Positions 27,490 to 41,750 of a stretch of DNA of 64,000 nt are shown piece by piece. This stretch comes from Octopus sinensis (taxonomy: Eukaryota). Position numbers and translations under genes: made by a program. The notes beneath the pieces are model-generated. The model was not told where the DNA came from, searched no databases, and was given only the letters and a program-made list of their open reading frames with translations. Position 1 is the first letter of the stretch; each line of letters begins with the position of its first letter. Where the stretch lies: contig NC_043007.1 in NCBI RefSeq assembly GCF_006345805.1, positions 46,190,001 to 46,254,000 of the forward strand. Reading direction: 5' to 3'.

Positions 27490-27968
27490 AAGCATGTATG
27501 CCCTCCTCGTGCGGAGACGACTGCGCTGGCTCGGACACGTCTGCCGCATGCAGGACGGTCGCATGCCTAAAGACATCCTGTACAGCGAACTCACCACGGG
27601 ATCCCGACCCAAGGGACGTCCACAGCTACGATACAGGGACGTGTGCAAGCGCGACCTGAGGACTGCCAACATCTGTGTGGACACGTGGGAGGAAACAGCT
27701 GCTGACCGCTCTGCCTGGCGTCGGACGGTGAGGAAAGGCGTTTCCATGGCTGAGGAGAGGAAAGCACAGCTGTGGTTGGACAGGCGGGACAGGAGGAGGA
27801 CAACTGCAGCAACACCCCACACGTACCCATCGATGTTCGTGTGCAGCGGCTGTACCAAGGACTGCCACTCTAGAATTGGACTGTGCAGTCACAGCAGACG
27901 CTGCACATCATCAAAGTAGGCCCCACCCTTGGCGCAACCCATTGTCTATCAAGACAGACGGGGAATAA

Positions 27969-27970
<2 letters not shown>
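27485..27970 (+). mobile_element. RTE-clade (BovB-like) LINE, 5'-truncated 3' end with intact reading frame
   Basis: [46 protein letters not shown]...DRSAWR and a terminal C2H2-like CSGC...HSRRC; stop at 27917-27919, short 3' UTR; (TA)n on both sides. Confidence 0.92.
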
Positions 27971-28025
<55 letters not shown>

Positions 28026-28033
28026 TATATATA

Positions 28034-28106
<73 letters not shown>

Positions 28107-28467
28107 TTATATACACAACTTATGAGTAGGGGCTAAAGAAAATTATTTCAAAGCCAATATGCTGATAACAGACTATTAAATCGTCAATTTCCACATGTAA
28201 TTTACTCGGTACAGCAAAAACCGAAGAACTGAAGTCGGGCAAGCCGGCCGTTTGAATTTTTTAAAAATTCGTTATTGAATCAATTTCGGAATTAATTTAA
28301 TAAAAGACTTATTCCTCCTCAGTAGAGCTTACGAAAGGATATAAATAAGATCCTTATATGCGGCCATGAAAAAAGCCGAAGCAAAAAACATGAGTACATT
28401 CAATTCTTTGGTCAGCCTCAGTATAACGTGTTGACTGTTCCCCACTACAGGTTATAGTGGTTATATA

Positions 28468-28570
<103 letters not shown>

Positions 28571-29099
28571 TGTGTGCATTTAAGAATGTGATTCTGGATA
28601 CGTCTTTACTTAATATATTTAAGGTGGACAGAATGGGACGAAAATTAGATGACAGTTTTATAGCTTTCTACTGACCCGAAATTTGTCTCATCATATGTCA
28701 TTTGATCAACTTCCTGCCTGATTTTGATAGCCTTTAATGTCAACTGAATGTTACAGTATGTCTATGATTCCTGTATATTTTCAACGACAATTATTAAATA
28801 TAAAATAATTTAGAGAATTCAAATAAAACAATCGTTTGACATCTGCTTCTTGCATGTCAATTCAAGCCACACCTACTTTTTGTGTGTATTTGCATTAAAT
28901 TTAAAAAAAGAAAGAAACACTAATCCAACGAAGTGCGATTTTTCCGATTTGATGGATGAAATCTCATCTGTTTAAAATTTAACCTGTTTCAATTTTGCCC
29001 CAAGGTTGCGAATTATGTAATTATATAATCTATAACCACATTAATAAAAATTCTACCAAAACTGCTGCCGTAAACTTTAAACCCCATCTATGCTCCCTT

Positions 29100-29138
<39 letters not shown>

Positions 29139-30574
29139 ACACACATATATATATATATGCATACGTACATATATATTTCTAGTCGGATATGCGGAGCTGT
29201 ATTGGTGTAAACTGATGTCAGTAGTTTAGGGTGTATTAAAATATTGAAGTAGTATTGTTGACACTTGATTAATAACTATAATATATGATTTCTTTGGTAA
29301 CAGATTTTTTTTATCGATTAATGTAAATTTAACTTCAAAATAAACAAAATTATTAAATCAAAATGATATTATGTTTAATAATAACATCATTCTTTATCTT
29401 CCTTTAGCGGATCCTCTTCTGTAATATGAAGAATATTGGATAATAAAATTCTAAAATTCTATAGCGGAAAAAAGTTATGATGAAACTTAAAAAAAAATTC
29501 TTTATTCCATGGTATTTTCTGAAATGGCTATGCATTGGATTAGAATAATGAAATCGAATGTAAAAGTATAAATATAGATTTATATTTTAATTATACCCAA
29601 AATTACTGTTAATAATAGAGATGGATAATGTTCAGAATTGTTCTATTTAGGTGTTCGATTCAATATAGTCTAACATAAAAAAAGTATATACGACTAAGTT
29701 TTATGATATGCAAATATTAGTTATTGTGCAGCTTCGCTTGCAAATATTGACACACGAATTGCAACAAGTTCTTAATCCTAATTCTCGAGACTTTTAAATT
29801 GGGAAGTGTCGCGAAGTCACGAATTGTTAATAATGCAAGATGACCGTATTATTTGACAAGGAATATTAAATGAAAATATTTTAAAACACCAACTACGAAT
29901 CATCCATTACAAATCACCATCTGTATTTATAAAACATTCATCCTAAGGGAAAATTCTGTGTTATCGCCGAATATGTTATTTTGAAGACTCAAAACTATAA
30001 CATTATTCACGTCAACCTTAATTTATTACATTTTCCCCCTTAATATAAAGTTATGACTAATCTCAAAATAATGGTCAACATGCATATATACAGAAACTAA
30101 ATCAATATTAGCCTAAATGAGATTATACACAAATAAACACAATTATTTATGAATTGCCTAATTATTTTATAAAATCTAATTATTTTTCTTGTGTCTGAAT
30201 GTTTGGCACACTTCATATGTGCTCTTCTTTTATTTAAATCTAGCAGAGACACCCCGCGTTGCTCCGTATTAGAACGGTATAGTTTGTATATACAAAACGT
30301 GACGCCATCGTCGCTGTCGTCGTGGTTAGAATTCAAAATAAAAGTATACTAATGTAACAATGTATTACATTTCAGTATAGATGTTATTCTTTCACTTTTA
30401 CTCGTCCAGGTTTGACCCGTAATACGGAACCAGTGCTAATGTTGCATTGTTCTAATCCCCCGAAAATTATATGTTGACACTCCTGGGGTACGATAGTATT
30501 ACTATGTAAAATTTTATTTGGCTTTGTTGAGCCATTAGAGAATGCATTGGGAACAGACAGAGATACAACATATT

Positions 30575-30900
30575 TTATCTATTATATAAAATCCGTTCTG
30601 TCTGTTTGTGTGTGTGTGTTTTTTCTAAGATCTTGGGCATCTTCCACCCGATTGCGCTCAAATTTGATATGTAGATACCGACGGTATCAGGGTGTTATAA
30701 GTCTTGAAAAAATTAGAAAAATCGATTCCAGGTGATAATGCGATCGATAAAGCCGTGGGAACGTGCATTTGTACGCGCAAGTACATCAGCTGTTGCGATC
30801 GATACTGCGCATACGCGAGAAAGATGCACGTGCAGTTCGCGCAAAAAAGCCGGCTGGCGTGAAAGAATGCCACAAAATGTAGTATATTTAAGAGACCAAA
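30575..30900 (+). mobile_element. Non-autonomous Helitron/Helentron-like fragment
   Basis: Starts TCTATTATATAAAATCCGTTCTGTCTG, then a (TG)n and a ccgattgcgctcaaatttg motif typical of DINE/HINE-like repeats. Confidence 0.45.
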
Positions 30901-31431
30901 AATGTAAGATGCAAAAGGGATATTTTCTTCCAACTTGTCATGAAGGAAGGAAAGACTATTTGGTTTCTCAATAAGTTTTTTTTGGCCTTAACTTCGTTTA
31001 ACAGAACCAAAAAAATTATTAAAATAAAAGCATGCTTCATTATTTTTTAGTGAAAAGAAAACACTGATTGCTTTTTATTCAGCAGATATGATTCAGCACC
31101 GTCCATTGGAGGGGAAAATTTTGCTCGTATATATATAGAGAGAGATCAGATGGCATGAGATTTTATTTCTACTCCGGCACATTGTCATTCTTTTTGGTAT
31201 ATCTTTATGTTTGATTATGAGAGGGATCATTATGTCATTCGTGAGATTGTGGCTGTGATTTGAAGAAAATGTTGCTGCTATTTCTAGAGAGAAGACAGAC
31301 TACCTACATGATTTTTCGTTTTCTCAAAAGATTATTTTGATGTTTAACCCTTGATCAAAGGCCTGAACTTTTAGGGGTGGAGGTAAGTTGATTATCTCAA
31401 CCCTAGTACTTGACTAGTATTTAATTTATCG

Positions 31432-31580
31432 ACACCGGATCTATCCTAAACACTAATCCATTAGTGCCAGTCACAAAGCCAAATATCCCTGAAAGTTTCA
31501 TCCGAATCCATTCAGCGGTTCTTGAGATATCTTGTCCACGGACATTTGACCATACTGATAAATGATATGAACATGAACCC
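31432..31580 (-). mobile_element. Helentron-like non-autonomous (HINE) fragment
   Basis: The reverse complement matches 44560-44690 (accgctg.atggattcggatgaaac.ttcag.gat). Confidence 0.55.
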
Positions 31581-31625
31581 AGTAAAAGTACACACACACA
31601 CACACACACCACACACACACACACA

Positions 31626-31663
<38 letters not shown>

Positions 31664-34600
31664 CATACATACATACATATAGTATATAAATATATATATA
31701 TTGTATAATATAGCTTCCCTTGATTGTAAGATCATCAAAAGTTATTCCATCTAATAAGAGATAAATATTTGTTAATAAACAAAGTATATCCTTTTATGAG
31801 CAACTAATAAATATTTTAATGCGATGAAAATGACTAAAAATGCCGTGTGGGCATAGCCTGAGAATTGCGTGAGGCACCAGACGTGTTATAATATATTCTC
31901 CGTCTCGTTTTCATTGCTTGAATCCATTAGTAGATCATAAAGTATATATTGTGTTCATAAAACTATATATATATATATATATATATATCATGTATCTCTT
32001 AACATATGTCTATAAATATATATTTACTAAAATATATTTTAGCGTTTTCTGTAATGGTAATCTAAATATGACGGAGCATTTCATCATCAGATGCGTTCAA
32101 AACGGGAGTTAATTCATATTTTTTATATATTGATATATTACATGATCCGTCTTGTTTATTTTTAATGTTTTTAACTATGGGTTTTATTTGCAATTGATGC
32201 GAACACTGCAAGTTACGACATTTCATGTACGAGTGTGTCTATATAAACTATGAGATCGACGACAGGGTAACTAGGTGATGGGTGGATATGTATATTTTAA
32301 GGGTTATTGCTTTTTCATCGTCACCACATCCAATACATCAAATATCCACGAATGCATTGCTTAAATACCCACTAATTTAGAGATGTAACACTATAGGATG
32401 CTACAATGTATATATTAAGCAGATTTCTGATAACAGGTACGTAAATATTAGTTGTTAGCAAAGATACATTATTTCGTTTTCCAACTAGAACATACTACCA
32501 TGTTTATTTAAAGATTTACTAGTTAATACTGTATCTTAATTTTGTGATAGCAGCGCGATGCCTTTATTTGTTTAAGTTCAATTCTATGGATTTTCTACGG
32601 AGTTGTGATGCCGCATTGCAGGTTACAACGATAGAAAGAGTAGGTAATAGGTGTATATGCTTATTTCCCGAGTTCTTGCTCTTTCATCAGCATCACATCC
32701 AACCCATCAACTTTCCACGAACATATTGCTTATGCTTATTGCTTGAGATAATCTGACTGTTACTTCAATCGATTGAAGCTTCTTCACTACGTTGTGATAT
32801 GTACACTCGTATTATTCATACTTTTATTTTGTTGTTTATCGTTGTCTCAGCTCTGATCGGAGGAAGCTTTGTATACGGTAACTAGCAGGGGGCGTTTTGT
32901 GCTTCATTCATTCCACATATCAGACAAATTAGAAAATAATTTTGAATGATTGGAAGTAGATGATTTGGTAGTTTCTGCCTTTGCAAATTGATCAGTTATG
33001 TGGCGATTCCATGCCAATATTGAGTGAGCTAAATATTAACATTGATATTAGCTAATAGTATATTACTTAACTACAATGTTCCCTCTTATGTAACTAAGCC
33101 ATGTGTATATCTAAGTAGAAAATGGTAGGTCAATGGGTTGCCACCAACGAGTTTTCTGTTTTGTATTGTGTCACTATTAACACTCAACATGCTGTGTGTT
33201 GATTGAAGAGAAAGATTTCCGGCAATTACCGTTTAGAATAATTTCAATGGGTTATGTGTCTTGGATAACAACATCCAACAGTACAATGTAATTCGAAGGA
33301 GATTTGGCTGATATTTCTATCTAATAGATGCAGACCACAAATGTTCCTTTGTTAGCTTCTAATGGCTTGAGAGAGAATTTGGTTGGTGGAGACACCACAT
33401 TACTGAATATTGATTGAAATTATCGGCGTGAAGACGAAGAGATATATCTCTCTATTTGCATAAGAGATAGTGTGTGCCGGTGTCATATTCCATTTCGCAC
33501 ATACATCGGATTGAGATTAGTATTCAAATGCAATGTAGTCTGGTATACACAGATGATTGATGAATACATTTATCTCAACACAACTTTAAATCCTAAGTTT
33601 TATGGCGAACATCGTCTATGCATATTAAATTCTCGTTTACACCACGTTGAAACTAATATTTTCATAAGTTTTGCATTTTTTACTTCTAAACCTTATATAA
33701 ATTAAACAAAAGATGAAAGCCATACCCGTTATTTATTGTAAAGTGTCCCAATCCGTTTGAAATAGATAGCTGGCTGTTTCTGTAAATGAAGCATGTCAAT
33801 ATATCCCTGATAGAATACCTGGACAGGAATTTCCATAACTTTGATTATATTTAGGTTAATCAAGTAAATTTGATCTGTAAGAGGAACGTCCAAGAGAAGA
33901 ACATAATATCTATTCTACAGACAAAATATTTCAAGACAATGGATTAATCCATAATGCGTAAGCTATTAAGTCTTGTATTCTCTTCTGATTTCATTTTATG
34001 CCTTGAGTTCAAATCCAGAATGTTTCCATTCTGCGTTAAAATCCGATACAAAATTAGCAGTCTATTCAGCTTGGAAATGAGTCGTTATCAACGATTATAC
34101 CCCAAAAGATGTTAACACTTAACCATTGCCTCAGTTATGTTTGACTTGATACCCTCCTCGTTTAGTTCACTTTCCGCTCTCTAACTGTTTGTGTCTTCAA
34201 GTATTATTTCATTATCCACATTTTTTCGCATTTTTTGTCCATATTGATATCAGTCAATTCCTTTTTCCATTTCCTCTCTCTAATAATAGTTATCGCATCA
34301 GGTTAACTTTTCTTCATAGTGTTTATTTTGTAGTTCTTATCTAAACTTCACATAGTTTTTAAAATGATTGTTTAGAAGCACTTCGTAATACTAATGCCAA
34401 TATTCAGAATATGGTATCTGGAAATAATATATTTCGCCAAACTATAAATGCGTAATGTCAGGTGAACTTGATTAACTTGATTATAGAGATCTGAAAGAAA
34501 AGAAAACTATAAAAGTATATGGAAATATTAATATGTCTGCTTCAATAGAAATGGAGTTTAAACAGTATGACACTGGATGACGGTAATTCAACTTCAACAA

Positions 34601-35712
34601 TGGTTTTAATTAGGGAGAACAAACAGGATATAACGTGCAGCCTTCTTGGTGTGGTTTGTCTTTCTTCCATAGAATCGCTATGGCTTCTTTAATTTAGTAG
34701 CTAAAGAACGTTACGGGTTTCAAACTCTGTTAACGTATTTAAAATTAGTTAATATAAATGGTGTAGAATATCTGTATGGATGGATATAACTGTGAGTAAA
34801 ATCTTCCTAATATGAATATACAGGTGACGTCGAAGCATTGTTATTATTATTAGTGCATTGCTGTAGAACATAATAGGAAATTCTATTTAGATAATTACAG
34901 CTATTATATTGTCCATGTTTTCTCTGGTAATTCTTTAGTATTCAGCGGATTCCATGTATAGTTCTTAGAATCTTTCTATAAAGTCCAATGAACATTGCAC
35001 TGAACGTTCGCTAAATGTCTCCATTTACCTTTCCTTCAGCTTCGACTTATACAGGTCTGGCCTCTATTCTTTAAGTAGCTTGAGTCCTTGTGCAATTTCA
35101 AATTGTGTATATATGCGGTTATTGATTATCAATCTTCATGTTCTAGAGATTAGACTTAGATTTAATCCAGTTGGTCCAAATGGGACACAACTGTTACATA
35201 ATTTTATTGACCGCGGTGGTAGTTATTTCATTCACAATATTTTGCCCTCAAGACCTGATTGTTCTATTACTGCACATTTGCTAAAGCACAAGACTAAAAA
35301 TTATATTCTACGGCAAATCCTAATGTTTACCATTTAATTATTCAACCTTTAACCATTTCTTTGTACGAAAACTACACTAATTATTTCTTCAAATATAAAA
35401 TATTTGGTTGCCACTTTCAGGCGTTATTCTTTGTGAGCGCAAAGAAATGAGTGTAAATATTACAATGTGTATTCCAAGATATGCTTACATTCATCGTTTC
35501 ACTGTCATGAAGTAATAAAGATAGCTGAATAGTCACGTCGTTGTCAGGTCAGTATAAATACAGAGGATTTGGGGAAAGTGCTTTTTATGTAAGATTCAAG
35601 ATATGTGAGTGAGGTTTCTTTGGTTGAAGCGAACACACACACACATACATTAACACAGGTAATACGTATGTATCTATGTTTGCATGCATGTATGTATATG
35701 TATGTGTGTGTG

Positions 35713-36973
35713 TGAATTGGCAAGAAAGTAATTTCGTTTTACGCTAGTAGGGTTACGATTTTTTGAATGATTTTTGTCAATGTTATGATCTTTTCCCTTT
35801 GACATTTAATAGCTGTTACGTTTAACATACTTTAGAAACAAATTGCGCTTAATTTTGTTTACATCTGTTAGTTCAGTGTCTATTTTGACATGGAGTGCAA
35901 AAACAAACATTTTCGCCATATGTTGCTTTTTCATTTCTGTAAAGGCAAAAAAGCTGCTGAGGCTCACTAAGGGATATTTGAAGTTTATGGTGTTGATTTC
36001 TTAACTGAATGCACATATCAGAAATAGTTTTAAAATTCCCTTCTGGAGATTTTTCACTCAAAGATGACCAGCGTACAGGTCGACTTACTGAAGTTGATGA
36101 TGATCGAATAAAAGCAATAACTGAATCTGATTGTCATATAAATGTCCGAGAGATTGCAGAGACACATCAATTGAAAATCCCTTAAGATAACTTGGGCTCC
36201 TTAAGAACCAGGATATTTGGGTTCTACTTAAACTGAAAGAGATTCACTTAACACAACGAAACAATATTTGCGATATACATCTCAAACGCAATGAAATCAA
36301 CCTTTTTCAAACGAATCATCACTGGTGACGAAATATGGATTGTGTACAATAGCATCAATCGAAAACGATCATGGTCTAAGCGTAATGAACCAGCACAAGC
36401 CATATCAAACCTGAATTGCATCTAAAAAAGGTCAGGCTGTCAACTTGGTGAGATTACAAAGGTGTGTGTATTTTCATTCACTTCCAAGAAGCCAAACGAT
36501 CAATTCAGGTGTTTTCTCTCGATAACTAATAAAATTGGAGTAAGCAATCAAAGAAAAACGGCAAGAGTTGGAAAATCGTAAAGGAATCCTGTTCCATGAT
36601 GACAACGCTAGACCACACACGTCTTTGCTAATTCGTAAAAATTTATTGGGGCTTAGGAAGTGATGTCACATCCACTATATAGCCCTGACATGTACCCTCA
36701 GGTTACCGTTTATTTTGTAGTTTACAAAATTCTGTGAATGGTAAAACTTTCAATAATGATGCTGACCTGAACTCACACTTACTTCAGTCTTTGGCAGATT
36801 AGAAACAGAAATTCAATGAGCGCCGAATTAAGAAGTTGCCAGAAAGATGGAAACGTGTCATTGAACAAAATGGAAAATATATATTTGATTAAAAGTTCAT
36901 TCTTTCTTTGACAAAAACTCAAAAATGTTTATTTCACATAAAAAACCGAAATTACATTCTTGCCGACCCAATA
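35713..36973 (+). mobile_element. Full-length (~1.26 kb) mariner element, transposase pseudogene
   Basis: TIRs ggcaagaaagtaatttcgtttt (35719-35740) and aaaaaccgaaattacattcttgccgacccaata (36941-36973); MECKNKHFRHMLLFHF start at 35889; ITGDEIWIVY, FHDDNARPHTS and HPLYSPD motifs; many stops and frameshifts. Confidence 0.9.
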
Positions 36974-37020
36974 TGTATGTATGTATGTATGCACGTATGT
37001 ATGTATATATGTATATATAT

Positions 37021-37278
37021 AGGTGCAAGAGTGGCTGTGTGGTAAGAAGCTTGCCTCCGAATCACTTGGTTCCGCGTTCAGTCCCATTACACGGCACCTT
37101 GGACAAATATCTGCTACTATACCTTCGGGCCGACTAAAGCCTTGAGAGTGTTCGCCAGAAGAAACCGATAGAATAGGTACCAAGCTTAAAAACTAATTAC
37201 TGCCGTTGAATCATTCGACTAAAAATTCAAGGTGGCACCCTAGTATGGCCGCGGTTTAATGACTGAGACAGGTAAAAG
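37021..37278 (+). mobile_element. SINE family B, internally deleted
   Basis: Head AGGTGCAAGAGTGGCTGTGTGGTAAG and tail ggtggcaccctagtatggccgcgg...gactgagacaggtaaaag. Confidence 0.85.
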
Positions 37279-37293
37279 CTTATATATATATAT

Positions 37294-37700
37294 TACTCTT
37301 TACTCTTTTACTTGTTTCAGTCATTTGACTGCGGCCATGCTGGATCACCGCCTTTAATCGAGCAACTCGACTCCAGGACGTATTCTTTGAAATCCCAGTA
37401 CTTATTCTATCGGTCTCTTTTTGCCGAACCGCTAAATTACGGGGACATAAACACACCAGCATCGGTTGTCAAGCAATGCTAGGGGGACAAACACAGACAC
37501 ACAAACATACACACACACATATATACATACATATATCCGACAGGCTTCTTTCAGTTTCCGTCTACCAAATCCACTCACAAGGCATTGGTCGGCCAGAGGC
37601 TATAGCAGAAGACACTTGCCCAAGATGCCACGCAGTGAGACTGAACTCGGAACCATGTCGTTGGTAAGCAATCTACTTACCACACAGCCACTCCTGCGCC
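37294..37700 (-). mobile_element. SINE family B, full length
   Basis: The reverse complement closely matches 41907-42323, including the (AAAGAGT)n-like tail. Confidence 0.9.
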
Positions 37701-37989
37701 TATATATATATATATATATGTAAGTAGGTGAATGAATTATCCTAGTATTGATAATTCGGTTAACCGATACCTGGGTAGCAAATTCACGTCAGAAAACACG
37801 GTTGAAGCTACATGCCAAGGGTAGAAACTCCGTGTTCTATTCATTATATATATATATGTACGTATGTATTTATGTAAGAATAGTCATACGTACTTTCATC
37901 TAGAATTATATGAAGCAAGACGATGGAATGATCTGGCTTTAATTAAGTATCACGAATGTATTTAAAATAGCAACAAAAGTGGAATAGAA

Positions 37990-40050
37990 GATAGAACAAA
38001 GCCAAGTTCACCTAGAAAAAAATATAGAATTCATCTTCAGGACCATCAAATTAATTTTCACAGTGATCAAACAGTTAGACTAATATACCCATATAAATCA
38101 GTCGTAGGTTGGATAAGTAAAGCTATTACAGATATACTATTACCAACCCAAAGACATATGATTAAGCTTACGCCCTTGTCTGAAAGACAAAAAGCTAATG
38201 GTTGGTTCAATAGCCTGGAAAACAAAAAGAGAGGTAAGTTTATACCACGTCATATCTCTAATAACTCTTCCTCTGCCAATCTAATATTGTTTAATAAGGC
38301 ACTTGTATTAACCAAACACAACTGCAATTTATCAAAGCATGAAATAAATATTATAGTAGTTGATCGTAGTAGAATAATTGATTACGATAGTAAGCTATGG
38401 ATAAGATGAAATAGAATGGATTGTTCTGACATTACGATGGGATCAAACGTCTCATCACAGGTCACTACTATCGTCAGTATCTACTTTATTTTCCAGATGG
38501 AATCCTGGATTTATGTATAAGGGTTGTTGTATATAGGGATAATGCTATTTCTGACAGAGGATTACAGTAAAGTGCAAAGGGAAAAATATAAAACAAATTG
38601 CTTAAATTCTTCAAAAATTCAGGACTATATTTAACAATTGAAAATTACCATAAATTACCATTATGTAAAAGAAAAACCCTTGGACACAGGGCTTATTGAA
38701 CCATTCCACAAACGAGAATCTAAGATATTTTTTTTTTAAATTCCAATTATCCGCGTTGTAATTTTAAAATTATAGATGAAAAGCATATCCAATAGAATTT
38801 CCAAGTTATCAGTTGATGAAATGATATTTAATTCACACGCACACTAGCCAATGCTGGATACAGTGACAGAATTATGTATGCGCATAGAAATAACATAGCC
38901 AATCTATATAAATTGGAAATAAAGAACATGAGAAAAGATGTATAGATAAGCATACTAGCGAACATAAAATGGATGTAAATATTAGGGTTGGTATTGCGGA
39001 AGAAAAACACGTAAATCTAGAATCAGAACCTAATAGTCAAATGAAAAGAAATGCAATAATAATGAAGATTGTTGGAAGACATTTCGAAATAGGATATTCC
39101 AATCGTAATAATTCTATTACGAGCGACACTGATTAAACTAAATCTAATAATAAATCGATTAAAGGTAGCATTTTATTGCTTAATCCATTGTTCGGATTAG
39201 AAGTAGCATCTAAAACTGCTGGAGAATTTTTCTGTGCATTAGACATTTCCCTAACTCTAGTATGTATTATAAGGTTTTTACCAGATATGTGGTGAAATTA
39301 TATTATGCTCCATCAAATAACCTTGAATAACTTTTTGATAAACTAAACAATACGAAGCCGAATATGGTAAGAGTAAAATATAAAAACACCTACGCTATTA
39401 CGGATAGCGAAGGACCAGGGACTAAGGAAGACAATAAGTATAAATACCTTCGTTAGTCTAGATCAAAGCAGAAACAATAGGAAGAGGGTAAATACTAATA
39501 ATTATAGTACTGAGAATAACAGCAATGAGAATAATAGAATTAAATATAGTAATAATACCAACAATAATTATCGCAATAAGATAAATGAAAGAAAAATGAA
39601 CAGGACAAGAGGAAGTATGGTTGAAAATAACAATATAAAAAGTGCAGTTGTAGAGATAATAATACATATTCTTAGGTGAATGATTATTTATGTACAATTA
39701 GAATACGTAAGTGGATTGTAAAAACGAGTTAATATACATATGTATATTTAGGCACAACTAGTGACAGCTTCAAGGATCGCTGGACGAAACACACGGTATT
39801 ATTTTCTGAGAGCTGCAAAAGACAATATACATTACTCGCAGACCTTCTATGGAACTGCAAACAAAAAAAAATTCATTACAACACCACTTGGTTGACTACG
39901 AAATACAAAACCCAAAAACGCATAATCAAGAATATATATCCTCTGTTTTGAAGAGACTCTTGAAATATTGTGTCATCCTATACATAATGCGGGATTTTCA
40001 ATTCCATGAACTAAAAGTCGGAGGGGGACGGGATAATCTACCTGCTTCAA
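37990..40050 (+). mobile_element. Degenerate Penelope-like element (RT + GIY-YIG)
   Basis: QDHQINF..DQTVRLIYPYKSVVGWISK; DITMGSNVSSQV; GLLY(RD); SISNRISKLS; at 39735-40000 YLGTTSDSFKDRWTKH...LLWNCKQKKIHYNTTW (GIY-YIG-like); heavily disrupted. Confidence 0.75.
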
Positions 40051-40059
40051 TTTATTCTT

Positions 40060-40810
40060 AGTGTAAGTTTTGAAGAGTGCAGTTCGATTTTTGGAAGGAG
40101 CATACTTGGTATATTTTGCTTTATATTTTCAATAAAGACAACGCAACAGAATGTGCAAGGAATATTAATGCAGTATATGAGAATAGGACGGTAAGCGTAA
40201 AACATTGTCAACGGTGGTTACAGAAATTCCGATCCGGAAACTACAGCCTAGAAGACGAGCCGCATCCTGGAAAATTTGTAGAGCTCGACGAGAAGCTTGG
40301 ATTTGGATATAAATCATTCATCGCCACCTGTGCGCCATCCGAAATGTCTGCATATTGGGTTGATGGGTTTCTCGCAAACTTTTCAAGTCTAATCGTGAGT
40401 TGTTAGTGAAAGTGTGTTCTTCTTTGCTACCACGTCTCACGAATGAACATTTTGTGGACTGAATAGTGACTGGTAACAAGAAATGGGTTCTCTATAAATA
40501 TCTCAAGCGCCAAAGACAGTGAGTAGGGAAAGGAAAAACACCGTCACCTCAGGCTGTTCATCAACGTAAGATGTTAATAATGTTTAGCGGAATATGGAAG
40601 GTTTAGTTCGCTTTGAACTTTTAAACCCGAACCAAAACGATAATAAAAGAGATCTACTGCAAGCAGCTTGAGGCGCTTACGTAAGCGCTAGAAGGATAAC
40701 GACCATCTTTGGTTTCAAGACGAAACGTTTTTTCTACCATCAGGATAATACTCGACTTCATACAACGATTAAGATGTTCCAAAGGATGGAGCAGTTTAAT
40801 AGAACATACC
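40060..40810 (+). mobile_element. mariner transposase fragment, degenerate
   Basis: HTWYILLYIFNKDNATECARNINAVY...WLQKFRSGNYSLEDEPHPG; IVTGNKKWVLY; FYHQDNTRLHT; no TIR seen. Confidence 0.8.
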
Positions 40811-40900
40811 TCGAGCAGTTTAAAAGTATATACCTTCTCGCTGAGAGATTTGAATCTAATTCAGTGCTAGGAATGAGAACCCAGGTTCGAAACTTTTCCA

Positions 40901-40946
40901 AGACACCTGATGAAGGCTGGAGGATATATCAACCGAAACATTGTGT
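40901..40946 (+). ncRNA. Minimal type I hammerhead-like motif, probably decayed
   Basis: gacac-CTGATGA-a-ggctg(gaggatatat)caacc-GAAA-CATT-gtgtt; one stem II mismatch, and the stem III palindrome AACGTT is broken to AACATT. Confidence 0.55.
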
Positions 40947-41099
40947 TAACAACAAATATTGTGTTAACAATAAACTGGCCAAACCCCGATGCTTTAAGAA
41001 TTTCAACCCTCAAACTTTATGTAGATTTATGTAGATTGGCTGAACTCGAGTATGTTTAGATGTTAGATGAAAGATCGTGATTAGAAAATGTAACTTCAA

Positions 41100-41750
41100 C
41101 GACGAAAAGTTTCACTGATAATGCACAATGCCCCTGGACACAACATATCCGATAAACTCATCAACATAGAAGTTTACTTTCTCACGCCTTCATCAACGTG
41201 GCACCTACAACCCCTAAACGTCGAAATAATTTACAACTTCAAATCTAATTACAAACAGCAAAAGTTAAACCAGATAATCATTCAACTAGACGAAAGCGGT
41301 ACTTATAACATCACCCTAATTGACGCTACTCGATACATCAAAACATCTTGGGACTCTGTGACACCATTTCCTATTTCTAACTGATGGCACTACACTGGTC
41401 TCACTCCAAAGCTCGAAGGCACAGATGCAGGAGTTGAAAACAGTGATGACAATGTCTGTATACGACTAGCTAAACTGATTAAACAAACTGCTACTAAACT
41501 TAATATTGACCATTCATTGAGGATGAGTGCAGGTGAGTTCATTAGCTTCGGCGACAATGAAAAAACACTTGCAAGAAATTATTGACTAGGTAAAACCGCT
41601 AGGACAAAGTGATGAGGAGAAACCCGCACCAAAACCAATACCTACAACTCAAGATATAAGCAACTCTCTGAACCTTCTTCCAGATTCGATAGAAGAAGAA
41701 GAAGATGTGACTACTAAAGATTTATTACATTTAGAAAAGTTAGAAAAATG
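41100..41750 (+). mobile_element. pogo/Tigger-like DDE transposase remnant
   Basis: HNAPGH...VYFLTPSSTWHLQPLNVEIIYNFKSNY matches the DDE_1 pattern DNAPGH...FLPPNTT..LQPLD.GII..FK..Y. Confidence 0.75.

Noticed and set aside
26888-27919. Longest ORF (343 aa) as a host gene
   Set aside because: It is chimeric: only the last ~144 aa are RTE sequence, and the rest is (CTT)n and (TA)n read-through.
33700-35400. Possible ancient RT remnant (GDVEAL-like motif near 34825)
   Set aside because: A single short motif; I could not assemble further conserved blocks.
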